DNA from: a virus
Taxonomy: Duplodnaviria; Caudoviricetes
DNA length: 34,129 bases
IMG/VR virus record: IMGVR_UViG_3300023275_000007
Span: 1-34,129 of that record
Direction: 5' to 3' (one strand)
Made by a program: the position numbers and the translations under genes. Position 1 is the stretch's first letter; every line of letters begins with the position of its first letter. Below, in pieces: positions 24,127 through 32,076 of the stretch. The notes under the pieces are model-generated. The model saw nothing but the letters and a program-made list of their open reading frames with translations. It had not been told where the DNA came from and made no database searches.

Positions 24127-27100
24127 ATGGGCTTCCTGAGCCGCGCCCTCGGCTTCTCTCACATCGGAGACATCCCTGCTCCCCCGGGCAGGCGGCAACT
24201 CGGCAGCGCCTGGGGCGACATCACAGGCAATGTCACCGGACTCCTCCCTGCCGGGAAGATGATCGTCGGCGCGGTGGCCCACGACGCGGCCAACGTCCTC
24301 CCTCCTGCCGTCGAGGCGCGGGTGGCAGCGAACCTGATCCACGGGGACAAGCCCCTCAAGGGGCTCGAGCGACCGACCCGCACCCCCACCCTGGTCGGCC
24401 AGCTTGGCGCAGGGCAGTTGAACTACTGGTCTCGCGCCCTCGGGGAGGATCCCTCCGACATCCCCATCGTGATGGGCAAGGACGGCAAGCTCTACCGCAA
24501 CACGACGCTAGGCGGCAAGCGTGGCCACATGTTCCAGTTCCTGCCCGAGGCTCCGAAGTCCGTCCTCGATGACCTGAAGAAGGAGAAGCGCGGCCGTGCC
24601 CTCTGGTCGGAGGATCCGGTCAACGCTCCTCTGGCCTTCGTCCCCCTGGTCGGGGCGGCGGGGAAGGTGGCCAAGGTCGGGAAGCTGGCCGAGGACATCC
24701 AGAGGGCGAACAAGGGGATGAAGCTGTCGGAGGCCAGGAAGATCGCACGCAAGGAGTACAACCACCCCGGCTACGCGAAGAGCAAGGGTCTCGAAGGAGG
24801 GATCGGCCCCCGGATCATCAAGGGCCAGTACGGGACAGCAGAGGGGCGGATGCGCTCCCGCTCTCAGTTCGGCCGTAACCTCCAGGCGCTCTGGGACAGA
24901 GGCTCCGAGATGGTCGACGCACGCAACCCGGAGAGCCGCTTCTCCTCATCGACCCGGGCCCAGGCAGCGGAGGCGAAGGCGGTCGAGCGGCAGGCACGGC
25001 GGGACGAGAACTCCGTCACCCAGGTCGAGATCCTGCTGAAGAAGGCGCTGAAGCGGAGAGGGTGGCAGACAGCCAACGACGCCCCGCTGACCGAGCGCCA
25101 GCAGGACGTGATGAACTCGATCATCGTCGCCCTTGAGCATGGGAACATGACGCCGGAGGAGGCGGTCAAGGCGAGGATCGCGCTGCACGAGTCGACGCTG
25201 ACCGGAGGCGTCTCCTCCGCGATGACCGAGGCCCAGATCGAGAAGCTCGGCAACCAGCTCGAGAAGCAGATGGACGACATCACCGACGAGCAGCACGGCC
25301 AGCTCGCCGCCTACGCGAACGACCTCGAGAGGGCGCAGCGCACGGCCGACTCGCATGAAGCTCTTGCCGTCAAGCTGGCGACCCGGCGCACCCCGGAGGA
25401 GACGAAGGCGATCCGCGAGCGGCTGAAGCTGAACCCTGCGGTGAAGCGGAGCGAGGCCGAGTTCGCCAGGATGGAGCGGGATCTGGAGAAGCTGAAGCGC
25501 GAGCATCACGAACTCTCCACCCACATCGAGGATCTGCTCACGCGCCCGAACATGCCGCCCTCGAAGCGCAACAAGGGGCTGTCCACCGCCACCCGCCAGT
25601 TGCAGAAGAAGGCCGACCAGCTTGCCAAGAAGCGCAAGGAGTTCAGAGACGCTCTCGCCTGGGGCCACGACCTCGGGGACGAGATGCGGAGAGGAGACCT
25701 CGTCGTCGCCCGGGCAGAGGGAGAGGCGGAGAACGTCCTCCACGGACAGCGCCGCAAGCAGTACGACGCGGAGCGCCGGGTGCAGATCAGGGAGCATCGG
25801 CTCGCTGACAGGCAGGAGTCCTCCGACGCGCTCCTCGCTGACGAGCGTGCCGCCCTCGATCAAGCCTTCGACGGCATGGTCGCCAACCCCCGACGCTCGA
25901 CGCCGCTGAGTGAGGTGGAGCGTCATCTGGTCGAGGCGCAGATGGCGAGCCTGCGCCGAGCTCTGGATCACCCCAAGAACGAGGGCCACTACCGCCGCGC
26001 TGTCGCCGGGATGCGCGTCCTTGCCGAGTGGGTCGATGAGACCGGGCGCGAGATCGAGAAGATGGGCAAGTCGCCGGAGGAGCAGGCACTGGTCGACCAG
26101 ATCTTCGATGAGCGTCAGGGCGCGGTCGGGGAGGAGATGGTGCGGCGGGGGATCCTGACCCAGGAGCAGGCCGGGGGTGCCTACTTCCCCCACTACTCGA
26201 TGTGGTCGGCAGGGGGCAAGGAGGTGGGGAGGGGCCACGGCGTCAACGGCCCCATCGTGGACGGCCCGAACCTGAACGACTACATCCTCAACCACCACGA
26301 GAACGACCTCCAGCTTCTCCAGCGGGGGATGGTCGACATGTCCCCGACCACCTTGGGGAACCTGCTCCGCAACCGGATCCGCTTCCTCTCCACCCATGAG
26401 GCGGTGCAGAAGCTGTACCGCGAGGGGGTCGAGGTGCCGGAGGGTGAGCTTCCCAAGGGGTACACGCTGATCCGCAATCCCGACGAGGCGAAGCGTGCGG
26501 TGAGCGACAGGCTCAAGATGGCGTTCACCGATCCGGATCGCTACGAGCGCAACCTCGAGCGGGAGCAGGCACCGACCCCCGTCAGTGACGCCGCCGACGA
26601 GACGGCGACGATGACCCGGGCGCAGCTTCGCCAGATGAACCACGAGAGCGCCGAGGCGGCGAGGGTGAAGGCGGAGGCCGACAGCCCCGACCCGGACGGA
26701 CGCGGGGCAGAGCGCGAGGACTTCGTCAACGAGTCCGTCTACGAGGTGGGTAAGGGTGTCGCTCCTGCCTGGGTGAAGGCGACGAAGAACTACCGCATGA
26801 TCCCGACCAAGGTGGCGAAGGCCCGTCTCGGCGAGGCGGTGATCAAGCACCCCGACTCGAACGCCCTCGCCTGGATCAACGCGGCCAACATGATCATCCG
26901 CTCGATGGTGCTGTACACGCCCTACGGCGGGGCGCGCTACATCACCCGCAACGCGATCCAGAACGCCACCCTCCTGGCCCTGACCCAGCCCGGTGCCTTC
27001 CGCCACCTGGGGCAGGCGGTGAAGATGCAGCTTGGCAGCGCGGAGGAGAAGGCGCTCTTCCGCGAGGTGGCAGTGGAGGCCGGGACGGTCGGAGCATCAG

Positions 27101-28308
27101 CCGGCCTGCCGGAGAGGGCGACGAGCTACGCCTCTCGAGCGAAGGCAACGGAGCGCAAGGTCTCGCAGGCGAGCCACAAGGTTGCGAACGTCCTCGGTGA
27201 TGTGGCCGACGAGCCCTTCCGCGTCGCGGCGTGGCTGAACTACGCGAGGAAGTACGACTTCGATTCGCCGGACGAGATCCGCTCCCTGATCAACGACCCG
27301 AAGCACGCGAAGCTGCGGGACGAGATCAGCCAGCGGGTGCGGGAGGATCTGCTCGACTTCGACGCCGCCACCCCGGCCGAGCGGAAGGTGATCAACCGGA
27401 TCCTCTTCCTCTACCCGTTCATGCGAGCGTCGGCCAAGTGGCCCTTCATGTACGGACGGGAGTACCCGGTCAGGACGGCTCTCGCCGCCACCCTGGCGCA
27501 GGAGGCACCCGACGATCAGGAGTACCCGGGGATCCCGAAGTCGGTGAACGAGTCCTCGATCCTGAACGACAAGAACTGGTCGATCTGGGATCCGACGAAC
27601 CCGATCCGCACCCAGATCGAGAACGTCCAGGCCGCAGGCCACCTGATGTCGCACGACCAGGGCGCTCAGTCCCTGGCCGACAACGTCCACCCCTTCCTCG
27701 GGATCGGGCTCGACATCGCCAACGGCAACCCGGTCGGTGACTCGCTGACGCGGCTGTTCCCGCTCTGGCGCAACTACAAGGACATCCGCCGCCACGGCAC
27801 CGACATGGGTGGGCAGGGGACTGCGTTCCTTGGCATGGAGGTCAGGCCACCGAAGCACATCCGCAAGCAGTTCGAGACGGAGGCCGGGAAGATCAACGCC
27901 GTGATCGAGTGGAACGAGGCCTCGGGCCAGAAGATCGACGTGGATCAGATCCAGCCCATCTTCAGCGCCTGGAAGGACTGGACTGCGCTCCAGTACCGGG
28001 CGACCAGGGCTTCCAAGGACAGGGGCCACGAGTTCACCAACCGCCAGATCGCCGTCCTCTACGCCGAGTTCATCCGCAAGAACTACTCGATCCCGGTGCC
28101 CTCCGATCAGGCGATCAGGGATGCGAACGACGCCCAGATCTCGACGTGGAAGCGGCAGATGGACGACACCCTTTGGGGGGCGATCAAGGATCCGGTCACG
28201 AACCTGCGTGAGAACCTGCGCAAGCTGATGCTGAGTGGCTACACGCTCGACCAGATCTCGGAGAAGTCCGGCATCGACCTCTCCTCCTTCAAGGATTCGA
28301 TCCGATGA
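24127..28308 (+). CDS. Large internal virion / DNA-ejection protein, 1393 aa
   Basis: Largest gene, mostly helical with coiled coil, C-terminal R.LFLYPFMR motif; last-but-one late gene. Confidence 0.7.
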   Translation: MGFLSRALGFSHIGDIPAPPGRRQLGSAWGDITGNVTGLLPAGKMIVGAVAHDAANVLPPAVEARVAANLIHGDKPLKGLERPTRTPTLVGQLGAGQLNYWSRALGEDPSDIPIVMGKDGKLYRNTTLGGKRGHMFQFLPEAPKSVLDDLKKEKRGRALWSEDPVNAPLAFVPLVGAAGKVAKVGKLAEDIQRANKGMKLSEARKIARKEYNHPGYAKSKGLEGGIGPRIIKGQYGTAEGRMRSRSQFGRNLQALWDRGSEMVDARNPESRFSSSTRAQAAEAKAVERQARRDENSVTQVEILLKKALKRRGWQTANDAPLTERQQDVMNSIIVALEHGNMTPEEAVKARIALHESTLTGGVSSAMTEAQIEKLGNQLEKQMDDITDEQHGQLAAYANDLERAQRTADSHEALAVKLATRRTPEETKAIRERLKLNPAVKRSEAEFARMERDLEKLKREHHELSTHIEDLLTRPNMPPSKRNKGLSTATRQLQKKADQLAKKRKEFRDALAWGHDLGDEMRRGDLVVARAEGEAENVLHGQRRKQYDAERRVQIREHRLADRQESSDALLADERAALDQAFDGMVANPRRSTPLSEVERHLVEAQMASLRRALDHPKNEGHYRRAVAGMRVLAEWVDETGREIEKMGKSPEEQALVDQIFDERQGAVGEEMVRRGILTQEQAGGAYFPHYSMWSAGGKEVGRGHGVNGPIVDGPNLNDYILNHHENDLQLLQRGMVDMSPTTLGNLLRNRIRFLSTHEAVQKLYREGVEVPEGELPKGYTLIRNPDEAKRAVSDRLKMAFTDPDRYERNLEREQAPTPVSDAADETATMTRAQLRQMNHESAEAARVKAEADSPDPDGRGAEREDFVNESVYEVGKGVAPAWVKATKNYRMIPTKVAKARLGEAVIKHPDSNALAWINAANMIIRSMVLYTPYGGARYITRNAIQNATLLALTQPGAFRHLGQAVKMQLGSAEEKALFREVAVEAGTVGASAGLPERATSYASRAKATERKVSQASHKVANVLGDVADEPFRVAAWLNYARKYDFDSPDEIRSLINDPKHAKLRDEISQRVREDLLDFDAATPAERKVINRILFLYPFMRASAKWPFMYGREYPVRTALAATLAQEAPDDQEYPGIPKSVNESSILNDKNWSIWDPTNPIRTQIENVQAAGHLMSHDQGAQSLADNVHPFLGIGLDIANGNPVGDSLTRLFPLWRNYKDIRRHGTDMGGQGTAFLGMEVRPPKHIRKQFETEAGKINAVIEWNEASGQKIDVDQIQPIFSAWKDWTALQYRATRASKDRGHEFTNRQIAVLYAEFIRKNYSIPVPSDQAIRDANDAQISTWKRQMDDTLWGAIKDPVTNLRENLRKLMLSGYTLDQISEKSGIDLSSFKDSIR

Positions 28309-29294
28309 GCAGCATCGACGAGTACCTCTCCGGCCGTCAGTCTCCGATGGCGGGGCTCGGCTCCGCCTTCGAGGCGGCGGGGAAGAAGTACGGGATCGAC
28401 CCTCGCCTGCTGGTCGGGATCGCGGTGATCGAGTCGAGCGCAGGCCAGCACATGAAGAACAAGAACAACCCGTTCAACTGGGGCGTCCACCGGGGACAGA
28501 CCTACCCGTCCCTCGCTGCCTCGATTGACGATGTCGCTCGAGGCCTGTCGCAGAACTACATCAAGCAGGGGCTGACGACGCCGCAGCAGATCGTCTCCAA
28601 GTACGCACCGGGGTCTGACGGCAACGACGAAGGGGGCTGGGCCTCGACTGTCTCGAGCGTGATGCAGGCGCTGGGAGGCCCAGCAACGGTCGGATCAGCC
28701 AATGCCCCAGCATCAACCACTGCCTCGCGGCCCCGCATACGGCAGGACATGGACGCGAAAGTCGACCTGATGCCCGATTCTCTGCGTGTTCCGGGCACAA
28801 CGGGGTCAGAGCCGTATGTAGCGAGCCTCCTGATGAAGGGGCCACAGGCTCTGTTCAAGGGCGTCCAGGCCGCAGCAGACAGACGGCACGCCCGGGACAC
28901 GATGGCTGTCGCCACGCCCCCGGAGGTGACCGAGCCGGAGACACCGAACGATCTCCCGGCCAAGGGGATGGTCGTCACCTCGAAGGGATGGACTCCGACC
29001 CATGTCACCGATGGTCTCGGCTGGGGAACGAAGACCGCCGCCGACATCATGGCCGCACCGGGGACACCCGTCGGTGCGCCGGAGTCGGGGGTCGTCGTCA
29101 AGCTCGGCTCCGCCCAGGGTGGTCAGTCGATGTACTTCCAGGGTGACTCGGGCAAGACCTACTGGCTGGGCCACATCGACGGCGAGTACTCACTGCCACC
29201 CGGCACTCGAGTCCGTGGCAACGAGACCGTCTCCCGTGTCTCAGCAGACCACGCTGCGCCCCACCTGCACATCGACGTGCAGCAGCCGTCCTAG
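28305..29294 (+). CDS. Peptidoglycan hydrolase: glucosaminidase/lysozyme-like plus M23 domain
   Basis: YGIDPRLLVGIAVIESS.G...NNPFNW...KYAP; then DIMAAPGTPVGAPESG, YWLGH, PHLHI. Confidence 0.85.
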   Translation: MSSIDEYLSGRQSPMAGLGSAFEAAGKKYGIDPRLLVGIAVIESSAGQHMKNKNNPFNWGVHRGQTYPSLAASIDDVARGLSQNYIKQGLTTPQQIVSKYAPGSDGNDEGGWASTVSSVMQALGGPATVGSANAPASTTASRPRIRQDMDAKVDLMPDSLRVPGTTGSEPYVASLLMKGPQALFKGVQAAADRRHARDTMAVATPPEVTEPETPNDLPAKGMVVTSKGWTPTHVTDGLGWGTKTAADIMAAPGTPVGAPESGVVVKLGSAQGGQSMYFQGDSGKTYWLGHIDGEYSLPPGTRVRGNETVSRVSADHAAPHLHIDVQQPS

Positions 29295-29295
29295 A

Positions 29296-29342
29296 ACGAC
29301 GAAGGGCCGCAACTTGGGATTCCAAGTTGCGGCCCTGGTCGT
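29296..29342. terminator. Bidirectional terminator-like hairpin between the convergent arms
   Basis: Perfect 15-bp stem 29303-29317 / 29322-29336, extended by ACGAC/GTCGT; starts just after the last + gene. Confidence 0.8.
29311..29328 (+). repeat. 18-bp quasi-palindrome, copy 6
   Basis: Exact copy forming the apex of the terminator hairpin. Confidence 0.95.
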
Positions 29343-29449
29343 CGGGGGCACGATGTCGTTACACCTCTACTGCGCCCCCAGAAAGTGACAGCCCTGCACC
29401 TGCACGGAGAGGGCCGCCCGAAACAAGGGCATAGGCCACCCCGGTTGAA

Positions 29450-29674
29450 CTAGCTCTGCGTCTCCGAATCGTCACCGGGACGGAACAGCGGCATCGGCAG
29501 GCCAGCGAAGACGTTGACCCCGTTCTCGCCGGAGGTCAGGCTCGGCTCCGGCAGTAGGCCGAAGAGATGCTCCGCTGTCTTCGACGCCGACTCGAGCGTG
29601 ATCGCTGCGTTCTTCTTCTTCAGCTCGATGGTGATGCCTGACGAGCCTACGGTCTTGTAGACGTGAATCTTCAT
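29450..29674 (-). CDS. Hypothetical protein, 74 aa
   Basis: GAAAGGA RBS before MKIHVYKTVG. Confidence 0.7.
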   Translation of the reverse strand: MKIHVYKTVGSSGITIELKKKNAAITLESASKTAEHLFGLLPEPSLTSGENGVNVFAGLPMPLFRPGDDSETQS

Positions 29675-29704
29675 GTCGTCCTTTCGTGCGTCGATGATTG
29701 AGAC

Positions 29705-29727
29705 GGGGGAGGGCACACCCCTCCCCC
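29705..29727 (-). terminator. 9-bp GC hairpin after the acidic-protein gene
   Basis: GGGGGAGGG-cacac-CCCTCCCCC, 6 nt past the stop at 29734. Confidence 0.5.
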
Positions 29728-29733
29728 ACGCTG

Positions 29734-29973
29734 CTACTTCTCTTCCTTGCTCTCGGCCTTCTCGGCCTTCTTGGCTTCGGCCTCCTGCGCCTTCGCCAGC
29801 TTCTCGGCCTCCTCGGCCTCCTCCTCGACGGAAGGAAGTCCTGCACGCTCGCGGCGGATGTTCTCCTCCACCCGCGCACGCTCGCGCTCCTCCTCCATTC
29901 CCTCCATCGTCTCGGCCGTCTGCTCTTCCGCGGCCTTGATCTCTTCCTGCTGCTCCTTGGTGAGATCGGTCAT
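29734..29973 (-). CDS. Highly charged (E/K/A) helical protein, 79 aa
   Basis: GAGGAGGTG RBS before MTDLTKEQQEE; an in-frame upstream GTG exists at 30084. Confidence 0.75.
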   Translation of the reverse strand: MTDLTKEQQEEIKAAEEQTAETMEGMEEERERARVEENIRRERAGLPSVEEEAEEAEKLAKAQEAEAKKAEKAESKEEK

Positions 29974-30080
29974 GTCTATCACCTCCTCTCCGGGTAGTAC
30001 ATTGTCCCCCTCTTGGGGGATGGGCAACCCGTCTTCGGGGTGATCGAGCCAGCGGCCCCAGTTCGAGCGGTAGCGCTTCC

Positions 30081-30278
30081 TCACGCAGCGCTCACCAGCC
30101 GCAGCGTCCGGCCCTCCCCTTCGATCTGACCCATGTGGCGCAGCGTGTTGAGGTGCCACTGCACCGTGGCAGGTGAGGCCAGCCCGACCGCCTCACCGAT
30201 CTCGCGCACGGTCGGCGGGTAGCCGTGGTCAGCGATGAACTGACGGACGAACTCGTAGATCATCTGCCTGTTACTCAT
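30081..30278 (-). CDS. LexA-type winged-helix DNA-binding domain only, 65 aa
   Basis: IYEFVRQFIADHGYPPTVREIGEAVGLASPATVQWHL; no Ala-Gly site and no S24 peptidase domain. Confidence 0.88.
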   Translation of the reverse strand: MSNRQMIYEFVRQFIADHGYPPTVREIGEAVGLASPATVQWHLNTLRHMGQIEGEGRTLRLVSAA

Positions 30279-30960
30279 CACCACCCCCAAGGTCTTCGAT
30301 GAACAGGCGCGGGTTCATCACGACGAAGTAGAGCGCCTTCTCGACAACGTGGTACCTGACCGATCGGATGCCTTCCTCTACCGAGAGGCCGAGGTAGGCG
30401 GCGATCTGCTCGACGTGCGAGTCGAGGATCTCGGCGCCGTCCTCCGAGTCATCGGGCACGAGAGCCGCCCAGGTCTTGCGCTGACGCTTCGGCCCGGGCG
30501 CTCGCTTGACGGGCTTCTCGTACCCGCACGACTCGCACCGCTGCCCCTCTGCGAGCTCGACGTGGTGGTGGGCAACTTGGGATTCCAAGTTGTCCACCGC
30601 CCCGTCCACAGGCTGTGGATGAATCGGCCCCTCGTTCACCCACGACTGCGACGTGATCCCCTTGTGGAGCCAGATGAACTGGTCTCCCATCTCGAGCCGG
30701 ATCATCGCCTTGTGGCCACCGATGGCCCCGGTCACATCGTTGTGATGGCGCACGCAGAGCCCCACCACGTTCGAGACCACCTTCCCCGAGGGCAGTCTCA
30801 CCCACTCTGTCGGCTGCCCACGCAGATATGACCGGGGCCACATGTGATGGCCCTGCTGCGAGCGGGAGATGCACGCGGGTGCAGCGCACGTCACGTTCAT
30901 CTCCGCTCTCGACCCGGGAACCCCCCTGATCTCCGGGTCGATCCTTGGTGCGAGGGTCAC
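30271..30960 (-). CDS. HNH-like / zinc-finger protein, 229 aa
   Basis: CAAPAC...HHMWPRS...NVVGLCVRHH, plus a later CESC. Confidence 0.65.
   Translation of the reverse strand: MTLAPRIDPEIRGVPGSRAEMNVTCAAPACISRSQQGHHMWPRSYLRGQPTEWVRLPSGKVVSNVVGLCVRHHNDVTGAIGGHKAMIRLEMGDQFIWLHKGITSQSWVNEGPIHPQPVDGAVDNLESQVAHHHVELAEGQRCESCGYEKPVKRAPGPKRQRKTWAALVPDDSEDGAEILDSHVEQIAAYLGLSVEEGIRSVRYHVVEKALYFVVMNPRLFIEDLGGGDE
30574..30591 (+). repeat. 18-bp quasi-palindrome, copy 7, inside the HNH-like CDS
   Basis: Exact copy; read on the - strand as NLESQV. Confidence 0.95.
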
Positions 30961-31118
30961 TGGTTCGCCCTCCTCACCATCCGCCGCGCCATCTGCGTGG
31001 TGATCTCCCAGCGGTTGCCCTTCCCCGGGGCACGCTTGGGGTAGTCCTCACGCAGCCAGCGCCGCAGAGTCTTCTCGTCCACGTCGAGCATGTACGAGAG
31101 TTCATAGACAGTGATCAT
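30957..31118 (-). CDS. Small helix-turn-helix protein, 53 aa
   Basis: ITVYELSYMLDVDEKTLRRWLR...RWEIT; GAAAGG RBS. Confidence 0.75.
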   Translation of the reverse strand: MITVYELSYMLDVDEKTLRRWLREDYPKRAPGKGNRWEITTQMARRMVRRANQ

Positions 31119-31131
31119 GGTGACCTTTCTG

Positions 31132-32076
31132 TTAGCGATCCCAGACCCAGACTCGCTCTTTGAGAACAAGCTCCTGATCCTCCGGGCCTTTGACATATCC
31201 GTGCACCCATTTCTGTCGGTGAACCTTCAGCGATGGGTACCACTGGTTGCGCCAGTGCCCTCTCACCATGAAGCGATGAGAATAGTGGGCTTCCCCTGGC
31301 TCCTCGTCCTTGGACACCGAGACCCGGCGTAGCTCGACCACGACCACGTCGCGCACGTCGGGCATCCCACGCCGTTGCGCCTCACGACGCGCCGGCCTGG
31401 AAGGGCGATAGCGATTCGAGGTGACGATCCGCTCGCTCATCAGGCGGTGCAGCACCCGGATGTAGGTGACCCACTGCGCGTCGACATCGCCCTCGCCCTT
31501 GGTGTGTACGAGGTCGTGAGCGACGAGCAGAGGCAGCACCGTGGTGTGGAGGATGCCCCACTTGTCGGGCACCGACTTCATCCACTCGTTCGTGTAGTCG
31601 TCCTTGTCGTCGATGTTCGACCAGAGGGTGACCTTCATGCACTTGTGCCAGCCCTCCTGCCTGTTGCCGTCGCTGTCCTCGACCACGATCTCCGTGTCGA
31701 TCATCCGCCAGTGGATGCAGCGGAAGACAGCGATGTTCCCTGCTACGTCCTTGCCTGCGAACGGGGTGGGAAGGACGGCGAACCCACACGGGAAGAGAAC
31801 GTCCTCTTCGATCATCGGCTCCCTCGCGTTGAAGGTCTCCATCGCGGAGAGCGTCAGGTCGTGCATCTCCTCTGTCACCCAGAGGGGCTCGGCGGCGATC
31901 AGGTCTTCGACCATCGAGTCGAAGGCCATCTTGCAGGGCAAGGTCGACTGCTCCCCGTACTTCAAGTACCGATCCATCAGCCAGAAGTTCCGGTACTCCT
32001 GGCCCTGCGGCCCTGCCATCATCGCCAGGATCTCGGACTGGACGGAGATGGCCGTCTCCCAGTCCTGGCGCTTCAT
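31132..32076 (-). CDS. Conserved phage hypothetical protein with a VRGHWR C-terminus, 314 aa
   Basis: HRFMVRGHWRNQWYPS...KWVHGYVKGP motif. Confidence 0.85.
   Translation of the reverse strand: MKRQDWETAISVQSEILAMMAGPQGQEYRNFWLMDRYLKYGEQSTLPCKMAFDSMVEDLIAAEPLWVTEEMHDLTLSAMETFNAREPMIEEDVLFPCGFAVLPTPFAGKDVAGNIAVFRCIHWRMIDTEIVVEDSDGNRQEGWHKCMKVTLWSNIDDKDDYTNEWMKSVPDKWGILHTTVLPLLVAHDLVHTKGEGDVDAQWVTYIRVLHRLMSERIVTSNRYRPSRPARREAQRRGMPDVRDVVVVELRRVSVSKDEEPGEAHYSHRFMVRGHWRNQWYPSLKVHRQKWVHGYVKGPEDQELVLKERVWVWDR

Noticed and set aside
9955-28029. Long - strand ORFs over the structural genes (e.g. 12674..13861, 19723..21354, 22657..24342, 24946..27006)
   Set aside because: Shadow frames caused by stop-codon scarcity in high-GC coding DNA.
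428-30591. 18-bp repeat as a CRISPR array or insertion-sequence ends
   Set aside because: Copies are 1.2-9 kb apart with no regular spacers, no cas operon, no transposase and no evident target duplications; the Cas4-like gene is a common solo phage exonuclease.
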